This document shows, one piece after another, positions 24,790 through 32,000 of a stretch of 32,000 nucleotides of DNA. The position numbers and the translations under genes were made by a program. The stretch is from the NCBI RefSeq assembly GCF_001457615.1, contig NZ_LN831024.1, forward strand, positions 6,120,001 to 6,152,000. Reading direction: 5' to 3'. How positions within the stretch are numbered: the first letter of the stretch is position 1; the number at the start of each line of letters is the position of its first letter. The notes beneath the pieces were generated by a model, which worked only from the letters and a program-made list of their open reading frames with translations, ran no database searches and was not told the origin of the DNA. The DNA comes from Pseudomonas aeruginosa (GTDB lineage: Bacteria; Pseudomonadota; Gammaproteobacteria; Pseudomonadales; Pseudomonadaceae).

Positions 24790-26043
24790 ATGTTCAGCAA
24801 GCATGACCAGATCCGCGGCTACGACGACGAACTGCTCGCCGCGATGGACGCCGAAGAGGCCCGCCAGGAAGACCATCTCGAACTGATCGCCTCGGAGAAC
24901 TACACCAGCAAGCGGGTCATGCAGGCGCAGGGCAGCGGCCTGACCAACAAGTATGCCGAGGGCTATCCGGGCAAGCGCTACTACGGCGGCTGCGAACACG
25001 TCGACAAGGTCGAGCAGTTGGCCATCGACCGCGCCAGGCAGCTGTTCGGCGCCGACTACGCCAACGTCCAGCCGCATTCCGGTTCCTCGGCCAACGCCGC
25101 GGTGTACCTGGCGCTGCTCAACGCCGGCGACACCATCCTCGGCATGAGCCTGGCCCACGGCGGCCATCTCACCCACGGCGCCAAGGTGTCCTCCTCCGGC
25201 AAGCTGTACAACGCCGTGCAGTACGGCCTGGACACCGCTACCGGGCTGATCGACTACGACGAAGTCGAGCGCCTGGCCGTGGAGCATAAGCCGAAGATGA
25301 TCGTCGCCGGCTTCTCCGCCTACTCCAAGACCCTCGACTTCCCGCGCTTCCGCGCCATCGCCGACAAGGTCGGCGCGCTGCTGTTCGTCGACATGGCCCA
25401 CGTCGCCGGGCTGGTCGCCGCCGGCCTCTACCCGAACCCGATCCCCTTCGCCGACGTGGTCACCACCACCACCCACAAGACCCTGCGCGGCCCGCGCGGC
25501 GGCCTGATCCTGGCGCGCGCCAACGAGGAGATCGAGAAGAAGCTCAATTCCGCGGTATTCCCCGGCGCCCAGGGCGGCCCGCTGATGCACGTGATCGCGG
25601 CCAAGGCGGTGTGCTTCAAGGAAGCGCTGGAGCCGGGCTTCAAGGACTACCAGGCGCAGGTGATCCGCAACGCCAAGGCGATGGCCGAGGTGTTCATCGG
25701 GCGCGGCTACGACGTGGTTTCCGGTGGCACCGACAACCACCTGATGCTGATCAGCCTGGTGCGCCAGGGCCTGACCGGCAAGGAAGCCGACGCCGCCCTC
25801 GGCCGGGTCGGCATCACGGTGAACAAGAACGCCGTGCCGAACGATCCGCAGAGCCCGTTCGTCACCTCCGGCATCCGCATCGGCACCCCGGCCATCACCA
25901 CCCGCGGGCTGCAGGAAGCGCAGAGCCGCGAACTGGCCGGCTGGATCTGCGACATCCTCGACCACCTCGGCGATGCCGACGTGGAAGCCAAGGTCGCCAC
26001 CCAGGTCGCCGGTCTCTGCGCGGACTTCCCGGTCTATCGCTGA
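24790..26043 (+). CDS. glyA: Serine hydroxymethyltransferase
   Basis: 417 aa; [75 protein letters not shown] motif [16 protein letters not shown]. Confidence 0.97.
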   Translation: MFSKHDQIRGYDDELLAAMDAEEARQEDHLELIASENYTSKRVMQAQGSGLTNKYAEGYPGKRYYGGCEHVDKVEQLAIDRARQLFGADYANVQPHSGSSANAAVYLALLNAGDTILGMSLAHGGHLTHGAKVSSSGKLYNAVQYGLDTATGLIDYDEVERLAVEHKPKMIVAGFSAYSKTLDFPRFRAIADKVGALLFVDMAHVAGLVAAGLYPNPIPFADVVTTTTHKTLRGPRGGLILARANEEIEKKLNSAVFPGAQGGPLMHVIAAKAVCFKEALEPGFKDYQAQVIRNAKAMAEVFIGRGYDVVSGGTDNHLMLISLVRQGLTGKEADAALGRVGITVNKNAVPNDPQSPFVTSGIRIGTPAITTRGLQEAQSRELAGWICDILDHLGDADVEAKVATQVAGLCADFPVYR

Positions 26044-26086
26044 GCCCCCCGAAGACGGTCGGGGAGCCCGACGCGCCCCGGCCCAA

Positions 26087-26105
26087 CCCTCTCCGCGGGA
26101 GAGGG
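26087..26105. repeat. Spacer inverted repeat, member 4 (glyA-soxB)
   Basis: CCCTCTCC-GCG-GGAGAGGG, 8-bp perfect stem. Confidence 0.85.
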
Positions 26106-26128
26106 AGCAACAGTTCAGGAGCATCCAC

Positions 26129-27379
26129 ATGCAACGCTACTCCGGCTTCGGCCTGTTAAAGCATTCACTGAGCCATCACGAGAACTGGCAACGCATGTGG
26201 CGCACGCCCACGCCGAAGCCGGTCTACGACGTGGTCATCGTCGGCGGCGGCGGGCACGGCCTGGCCACCGCCTACTACCTGGCCAAGGAACACGGCATCA
26301 GCAACGTGGCGGTAGTCGAGAAAGGTTGGCTGGGCGGCGGCAACACCGCGCGCAACACCACCATCGTGCGCTCCAACTACCTGTGGGACGAGTCCGCGCT
26401 GCTCTACGAACACGCGATGAAGCTGTGGGAGGGCCTGTCCCAGGACCTCAACTACAACGTGATGTTCTCCCAGCGCGGGGTCTACAACCTCTGCCACACC
26501 CTCCAGGACATGCGCGACGGCGAGCGCCGGGTCAGCGCCAACCGCCTCAACGGCGTCGACGGCGAATTGTTGAACGCGCAGCAGGTGGCGGAGGAGATTC
26601 CCTACCTGGACTGCAGCAAGAACACCCGCTACCCGATCATGGGCGCGACCATCCAGCGTCGCGGCGGCGTCGCCCGCCATGACGCGGTGGCCTGGGGCTT
26701 CGCCCGTGCCGCCGATGCCCTCGGCGTGGACCTGATCCAGCAGACCGAAGTCACCGGCTTCCGCAAGCAGGACGGCGCGGTGATCGGCGTCGAGACCAAC
26801 CGCGGCTTCATCGGCGCGCGCCGTGTCGGAGTGGTCACCGCCGGCAACTCCGGGCACATGGCCAGGCTCGCCGGCTTCCGCCTGCCGCTGGAGTCGCACC
26901 CGTTGCAGGCGCTGGTCTCCGAGCCGCTGAAGCCGATCATCGACAGCGTGATCATGTCCAACGCCGTGCATGGCTACATCAGCCAGTCGGACAAGGGCGA
27001 CCTGGTCATCGGCGCCGGCATCGACGGCTACAACGGCTACGGCCAGCGCGGCTCTTACCCGGTGATCGAGCACACCCTGCAAGCCATCGTCGAGATGTTC
27101 CCGGTGCTCTCGCGGGTACGCATGAACCGCCAGTGGGGCGGCATCGTCGACACCACCCCGGACGCCTGCCCGATCATCGGCAAGACTCCGGTGCAGAACC
27201 TATTCTTCAACTGCGGCTGGGGCACCGGCGGCTTCAAGGCCACTCCCGGCTCCGGAAACGTCTTCGCCGCCACCCTGGCCAAGGGCGAACCGCATCCGCT
27301 GGCCGCGCCCTTCTCCATCGAACGCTTCCACAGCGGTGCGCTGATCGACGAGCACGGCGCGGCGGCAGTGGCGCACTGA
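26129..27379 (+). CDS. soxB: Sarcosine oxidase beta subunit (heterotetrameric)
   Basis: 416 aa; [56 protein letters not shown]...; typical SoxB. Confidence 0.97.
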   Translation: MQRYSGFGLLKHSLSHHENWQRMWRTPTPKPVYDVVIVGGGGHGLATAYYLAKEHGISNVAVVEKGWLGGGNTARNTTIVRSNYLWDESALLYEHAMKLWEGLSQDLNYNVMFSQRGVYNLCHTLQDMRDGERRVSANRLNGVDGELLNAQQVAEEIPYLDCSKNTRYPIMGATIQRRGGVARHDAVAWGFARAADALGVDLIQQTEVTGFRKQDGAVIGVETNRGFIGARRVGVVTAGNSGHMARLAGFRLPLESHPLQALVSEPLKPIIDSVIMSNAVHGYISQSDKGDLVIGAGIDGYNGYGQRGSYPVIEHTLQAIVEMFPVLSRVRMNRQWGGIVDTTPDACPIIGKTPVQNLFFNCGWGTGGFKATPGSGNVFAATLAKGEPHPLAAPFSIERFHSGALIDEHGAAAVAH

Positions 27380-27410
27380 CAAAAGCCGCCCGAAGGGCGA
27401 AATCCGCTGC

Positions 27411-27432
27411 CCCTCGCCCTTCAGGGAGAGGG
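27411..27432. repeat. Spacer inverted repeat, member 5 (soxB-soxD)
   Basis: CCCTCGCCCT-TC-AGGGAGAGGG, 10-bp stem with one mismatch. Confidence 0.8.
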
Positions 27433-27472
27433 TGCCGGTCAACCGGCAAGAACAGTTTCCGGAGGCTACAAA

Positions 27473-27793
27473 ATGCTGAATATCTTCTGCCCCCACTGCG
27501 GCGAACTGCGTTCCGAAGAGGAATTCCACGCCAAGGGTCAGGCCCACATCCCGCGCCCGCTCGACCCGAACGCCTGCAGCGACGAGGAATGGGGCGACTA
27601 CATGTTCTTCCGCGACAACCCGCGCGGCCTCCATCACGAGCTGTGGGTGCACGCCGCCGGCTGCCGCAAGTACTTCAACGTCACCCGCCATACGGTGACC
27701 TACGAGATCCTCGAGACCTACCTGATCGGCGAGCAGCCCAGCGTCGTCGCCGACGGTGAGAAGAAACCCGCCGTACAAGGGGAACCGGCATGA
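27473..27793 (+). CDS. soxD: Sarcosine oxidase delta subunit
   Basis: 106 aa; MLNIFCPHCGELRSEEEFHAKGQAHIPRPL... GCRKYFNVTRHTVTYEI, Zn-binding delta subunit. Confidence 0.96.
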   Translation: MLNIFCPHCGELRSEEEFHAKGQAHIPRPLDPNACSDEEWGDYMFFRDNPRGLHHELWVHAAGCRKYFNVTRHTVTYEILETYLIGEQPSVVADGEKKPAVQGEPA

Positions 27794-30700
27794 GCCAGAT
27801 CAATCGCCTGTCCAGCGGCGGCCGCATCGACCGCAACCGCCCGCTGACCTTCAGCTTCAACGGCCAGCACTACCAGGGCTATGCCGGCGACACCCTGGCC
27901 GCCGCGCTGCTGGCCAACGGCGTCGACATCGTCGGCCGCAGCTTCAAGTACTCGCGGGCGCGCGGCATCGTCGCCGCCGGCGCCGAGGAGCCCAACGCGA
28001 TCCTGCAGATCGGCTCCCGCGAAGCCACCCAGATCCCCAACGTACGCGCCACCCAGCAGGCTCTCTACGGCGGCCTGGTGGCCACCAGTACCAACGGCTG
28101 GCCGAACGTGCAGAACGACCTGATGGGAATCTTCGGCAAGGTCGGCGGCAAGCTGATGCCGCCTGGTTTCTACTACAAGACCTTCATGTACCCGCAGTCG
28201 ATGTGGATGACCTACGAGAAGTACATCCGCAAGGCCGCCGGCCTGGGCCGCGCGCCGACCGAGGTCGATCCGGACAGCTACGACTGGATGAACCACCACT
28301 GCGACGTGCTGGTGGTCGGCGGCGGCCCGGCCGGCCTGGCCGCCGCCCTCGCCGCCGCTCGCAGCGGCGCGCGGGTGATTCTCGCCGACGAGCAGGAAGA
28401 GTTCGGCGGCAGCCTGCTGGACACCCGCGAGACCCTCGACGGCAAGCCCGCCGCCGAGTGGGTCGCGGACGCCGTGGCCGAGCTGCAAGGCCTGCCGGAA
28501 GTCATCCTGCTACCGCGCTCCACGGTCAACGGCTACCACGACCACAACTTCCTCACCATCCACGAGCGGCGCACCGACCACCTCGGCGAGGTCGCCCCGC
28601 TCGGCCAGGTCCGCCAGCGCGTGCACCGCGTACGCGCCAAGCGCGTGGTACTGGCCGCCGGCGCCCATGAGCGTCCGCTGGTCTACGGCAACAACGACCT
28701 GCCCGGCAACATGCTCGCCGGCGCGGTTTCCACCTATGTACGGCGCTACGGCGTGGCACCGGGCAAGAAACTGGTGCTGGCCACCAACAACGACTACGCC
28801 TACCGCGTCGCCCTCGACTGGCAGGAAGCCGGCCTGCAAGTGGTGGCCATCGCCGACGCCCGGGCCAATCCGCGCGGCGAGTGGGTCGAGGAAGCACGCC
28901 AACGCGGTATGCGGGTGATCACTGGCAGTTCGGTGATCGAGGCTCGCGGCGGCAAGCGGGTCAGCGGCGCCAAGGTCGCCCGGATCGACCTGCAGGCCAT
29001 GCGCGCCAGCGGCGGCGAATGGCTGGACTGCGACCTGATCGCCAGCTCCGGCGGCTACAGCCCGGTCGTGCACCTGGCCTCGCACCTGGGCGGCAAGCCG
29101 GAGTGGCGCGAGGAAATCCTCGCCTTCGTACCCGGCGAAGGCCTGCAGAAGCGCATCTGCGCCGGCGCCGTGAACGGCGTGTTCGGGCTCGCCGAGGTGC
29201 TCGCCGACGGCTACCAGGCCGGGAGTCGCGCCGCCCTCGACGCCGGCTACAAGACCGCCGCCGGCAGCCTGCCGAAGGTCCAGCCGCGCCGCGAGGAAGC
29301 GTCCGTCGCGCTGTTCCAGGTGCCCCACGAGAAGCCCACGGCACGCGCACCGAAGCAGTTCGTCGATCCGCAGAACGACGTCACCGCCGCCGCCATCGAA
29401 CTGGCCTGCCGCGAGGGCTTCGAGTCCATCGAGCACGTCAAGCGCTACACCGCGCTGGGCTTCGGCACCGACCAGGGCAAGCTGGGCAACATCAACGGCC
29501 TGGCGATCGCCGCGCGGGCCCAGGGCAAGAGCATCGCCGACACCGGCACCACCATGTTCCGTCCGAACTACACCCCGGTGACCTTCGGCGCCGTCGCCGG
29601 CCGCCACTGCGGGCACCTGTTCGAACCGGTGCGCTTCACCGCCCTGCACGCCTGGCACGTGAAGAACGGCGCCGAGTTCGAAGACGTCGGCCAGTGGAAG
29701 CGGCCGTGGTACTTCCCGCGCCGCGGCGAGGACATGCACGCCGCCGTGGCCCGCGAATGCCGCGCGGTGCGCGAGGCGGTCGGCCTGCTCGACGCCTCGA
29801 CCCTGGGCAAGATCGACATCCAGGGCCCGGACGCGCGGGAGTTCCTCAACCGGGTCTACACCAACGCCTGGACCAAGCTCGACGTCGGCAAGGCGCGCTA
29901 CGGCCTGATGTGCAAGGAAGACGGGATGGTCTTCGACGACGGCGTGACCGCCTGCCTGGCCGACAACCACTTCGTCATGACCACCACCACCGGCGGCGCC
30001 GCCCGCGTACTGGAGTGGCTGGAGCTGTACCACCAGACCGAATGGCCGGAGCTGAAGGTGTACTTCACCTCGGTCACCGACCACTACGCGACCCTCACCC
30101 TGTCCGGCCCGAACAGCCGCAAGCTGCTCGCCGAAGTCACCGACATCGACCTGGACAAGGATGCCTTCCCCTTCATGACCTGGAAGGAAGGCAAGGTCGC
30201 CGGGGTGCCGGCGCGGGTGTTCCGCATCTCCTTCACCGGCGAGCTGAGCTACGAGGTGAACGTCCAGGCCGACTACGCCATGGGCGTGCTCGAAGCGCTC
30301 GCCGAGCACGGCGCGAAGTACGGCCTGACGCCCTACGGCACCGAGACCATGCACGTCCTGCGCGCCGAGAAGGGCTTCATCATCGTCGGCCAGGACACCG
30401 ATGCCTCGGTCACCCCGGACGATCTCAACATGGGCTGGGCGGTGGGCCGCAGCAAGCCGTTCTCCTGGATCGGCTGGCGCGGCATGAACCGCGCCGACTG
30501 CCTGCGCGAGGATCGCAAGCAACTGGTCGGACTCAGGCCGAGCAACCCGCAGGAGGTACTGCCCGAAGGCGCGCAACTGGTGTTCGACACCCAGCAGGCG
30601 ATCCCGATGAAGATGGTCGGCCACGTCACCTCCAGCTACATGAGCGCCAGCCTCGGCCACGGCTTCGCCCTGGCGGTGGTGAAAGGCGGCCTCAAGCGCA

Positions 30701-30807
30701 TGGGCCAGAAGGTCTACGCGCCGCTGGCGGACGGCCGCTTCATCGAGGCGGAGATCTGCTCCTCGGTGTTCTACGACCCGAAAGGGGAACGGCAGAACGT
30801 GGATTGA
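27790..30807 (+). CDS. soxA: Sarcosine oxidase alpha subunit
   Basis: 1005 aa; INRLSSGGRIDRNRPLTFSFNGQHYQGYAGDTLAAALLANG, FAD domain VVGGGPAGLAAALAAARSGARV, C-terminal GcvT/THF-binding domain; ATGA overlap with soxD. Confidence 0.97.
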   Translation: MSQINRLSSGGRIDRNRPLTFSFNGQHYQGYAGDTLAAALLANGVDIVGRSFKYSRARGIVAAGAEEPNAILQIGSREATQIPNVRATQQALYGGLVATSTNGWPNVQNDLMGIFGKVGGKLMPPGFYYKTFMYPQSMWMTYEKYIRKAAGLGRAPTEVDPDSYDWMNHHCDVLVVGGGPAGLAAALAAARSGARVILADEQEEFGGSLLDTRETLDGKPAAEWVADAVAELQGLPEVILLPRSTVNGYHDHNFLTIHERRTDHLGEVAPLGQVRQRVHRVRAKRVVLAAGAHERPLVYGNNDLPGNMLAGAVSTYVRRYGVAPGKKLVLATNNDYAYRVALDWQEAGLQVVAIADARANPRGEWVEEARQRGMRVITGSSVIEARGGKRVSGAKVARIDLQAMRASGGEWLDCDLIASSGGYSPVVHLASHLGGKPEWREEILAFVPGEGLQKRICAGAVNGVFGLAEVLADGYQAGSRAALDAGYKTAAGSLPKVQPRREEASVALFQVPHEKPTARAPKQFVDPQNDVTAAAIELACREGFESIEHVKRYTALGFGTDQGKLGNINGLAIAARAQGKSIADTGTTMFRPNYTPVTFGAVAGRHCGHLFEPVRFTALHAWHVKNGAEFEDVGQWKRPWYFPRRGEDMHAAVARECRAVREAVGLLDASTLGKIDIQGPDAREFLNRVYTNAWTKLDVGKARYGLMCKEDGMVFDDGVTACLADNHFVMTTTTGGAARVLEWLELYHQTEWPELKVYFTSVTDHYATLTLSGPNSRKLLAEVTDIDLDKDAFPFMTWKEGKVAGVPARVFRISFTGELSYEVNVQADYAMGVLEALAEHGAKYGLTPYGTETMHVLRAEKGFIIVGQDTDASVTPDDLNMGWAVGRSKPFSWIGWRGMNRADCLREDRKQLVGLRPSNPQEVLPEGAQLVFDTQQAIPMKMVGHVTSSYMSASLGHGFALAVVKGGLKRMGQKVYAPLADGRFIEAEICSSVFYDPKGERQNVD

Positions 30808-30809
30808 CC

Positions 30810-30854
30810 GGAGAGGGGCTCGCCCCTCTCCCCGGCCCTCTCCCCGAAGGGAGA
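30810..30854. repeat. Spacer inverted repeats, member 6, double (soxA-soxG)
   Basis: GGAGAGGGGC-TC-GCCCCTCTCC at 30810-30831 (10-bp perfect stem) followed by TCTCCC-CGAA-GGGAGA at 30839-30854. Confidence 0.85.
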
Positions 30855-30900
30855 AGGCAGACAGGCTACCAGGGCGCGCGGCGCCCCAAGGTGAAAACGA

Positions 30901-31536
30901 ATGAGCAAGGCAAACGTCTACCAGCAACGCCCCGAACCCGGCGTCCACGCCGAATCGCCGCTGCACCATGCCGAGCTGCACAAGCTCGCCGGCAAGACCG
31001 CCGCGAAGGCCGGTATCGTCCTGCGCGAGAAGAAGCTGCTCGGCCACCTGGTGCTGCGCGGCGATGCCGCCGACCCGGCCTTCGCCGCCGCCGTGCACCA
31101 GGCCCTCGGCCTGGAACTGCCGGTGGCCCTGACCCTGGTCGCCAGCGGCGAGACCTCGCTGCAATGGCTGGCCCCGGACGAATGGTTGCTGATCGTCCCC
31201 GGCGGCGAGGAATACGCCGTCGAACAGCGCCTGCGCCAGGCCCTGGGCGAGGAGCTGCACTACGCGGTGGTCAACGTCAGCGGCGGGCAGACGCTGCTCG
31301 AACTGAGCGGAGCGAACGTCCGCGAACTGCTGATGAAATCCACCAGCTACGACGTGCATCCGAGCAACTTCCCGGTGGGCAAGGCGGTCGGCAGCATCTT
31401 CGCCAAGTCGCAATGCGTGATCCGCCATACCGGCGAGGACACCTGGGAGCTGGTCGTGCGCCGCAGCTTCGCCGACTACTTCTGGCTCTGGTTGCAGGAC
31501 GCCAGCGCCGAATACGGCCTGCAGGTAGCGGCATGA
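30901..31536 (+). CDS. soxG: Sarcosine oxidase gamma subunit
   Basis: 211 aa; MSKANVYQQRPEPGVHAESPLHHAELHKLAGKTAAKAGIVLREKKLLGHLVLRGDA...; position after soxA. Confidence 0.94.
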   Translation: MSKANVYQQRPEPGVHAESPLHHAELHKLAGKTAAKAGIVLREKKLLGHLVLRGDAADPAFAAAVHQALGLELPVALTLVASGETSLQWLAPDEWLLIVPGGEEYAVEQRLRQALGEELHYAVVNVSGGQTLLELSGANVRELLMKSTSYDVHPSNFPVGKAVGSIFAKSQCVIRHTGEDTWELVVRRSFADYFWLWLQDASAEYGLQVAA

Positions 31537-31544
31537 GCAGCCTT

Positions 31545-31563
31545 CCCCTCTCCCCGAGAGGGG
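31545..31563. repeat. Spacer inverted repeat, member 7 (soxG-purU)
   Basis: CCCCTCTC-CCC-GAGAGGGG, 8-bp perfect stem. Confidence 0.85.
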
Positions 31564-31585
31564 ATACCGGACCCGGAGCCTCGCG

Positions 31586-32000
31586 ATGAGCCGTACCCCC
31601 GACACCTGGATCCTCACCGCCGACAGTCCCAGCCTGCTGGGCACCGTCGACGTGGTGACGCGCTACCTCTTCGAGCAGCGCTGCTACGTCACCGAGCACC
31701 ACTCGTTCGACGACCGCCTGGCGCAACGCTTCTTCATCCGCGTGGAGTTCCGCGCCGGCGACGGCTTCGACGAAGCCTCCTTCCGCGCCGGACTGGCCGA
31801 ACGGGTGGCACCGTTCGGCATGCGTACCGAGCTGACCGCGCCGGGCTACCGCAGCCAGGTGGCGATCATGGTTTCCAAGGCCGACCACTGCCTGAACGAC
31901 CTGCTCTACCGCCAGCGCATCGGCCAGTTGCCGATGGACGTGGTGGCGGTGATTTCCAATCACCCGGACCTGGAGCCGCTGGCGCGCTGGCACGGCATTC
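31586..32000 (+). CDS. purU: Formyltetrahydrofolate deformylase, truncated by window edge
   Basis: MSRTPDTWILTADSPSLLGTVDVVTRYLFEQRCYVTEHHSFDDRLAQRFFIRVEF... with ACT-like N-terminus and AIMVSKADHCLNDLLYR...VVAVISNHPDL motif. Confidence 0.93.
   Translation, partial: MSRTPDTWILTADSPSLLGTVDVVTRYLFEQRCYVTEHHSFDDRLAQRFFIRVEFRAGDGFDEASFRAGLAERVAPFGMRTELTAPGYRSQVAIMVSKADHCLNDLLYRQRIGQLPMDVVAVISNHPDLEPLARWHGI

Noticed and set aside
28510-31644. 1044-aa ORF on the minus strand opposite soxA/soxG
   Set aside because: Antisense to well-supported soxA and soxG; composition (HLHLDLRPFGLVVQLQPLQ... A/G/H/R-rich) is typical of shadow ORFs in GC-rich DNA.
1-32000. CRISPR array, prophage, IS element, tRNA/rRNA or toxin-antitoxin system
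   Set aside because: No regularly spaced repeats, transposase/integrase motifs or RNA gene signatures seen. The HTH/membrane protein pair lacks toxin-antitoxin features.

Overview
This window looks like a Pseudomonas aeruginosa-type chromosome segment carrying glycine betaine / dimethylglycine / sarcosine catabolism. I recognised this from protein motifs and gene order; no database search was run. Order: DUF1028 protein, RidA-family protein and FAD monooxygenase (minus); cardiolipin synthase-like PLD protein (minus); SnoaL/DUF1348-like protein; M19 dipeptidase; DUF5943/V4R-like protein; dgcA; dgcB; ETF alpha; ETF beta; a DUF2975-like membrane protein with an Xre-type HTH; two small lipoproteins; a ZapB-like coiled coil with a ZapA-like protein; an HdeD-family membrane protein (minus); gbcA (minus) / gbcB (plus); a large membrane protein (minus); a roughly 1.4 kb non-coding spacer; threonine aldolase and a lipoprotein (minus); glyA, soxB, soxD, soxA, soxG and purU (partial). 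Most of the window is known metabolism. The signals most worth a second look are: (1) a cluster of DnaA-box-like 9-mers, almost all on one strand, in the unusually long spacer 21443-22811, with an AT-rich stretch, a candidate datA-like or origin-like locus; (2) a recurrent CCCTCTCC/GGAGAGGG inverted repeat in seven inter-gene spacers of the catabolic operons; (3) an apparently accessory ZapA/coiled-coil pair; (4) short ORFs absent from the ORF track, namely a 36-aa membrane microprotein downstream of gbcA and a 58-aa GTG-start ORF; (5) an AT-rich operator-like repeat upstream of the DUF2975/HTH pair; (6) a compact FMO-RidA-DUF1028 unit of unknown substrate. No CRISPR, tRNA, rRNA, IS or prophage sequence was seen.
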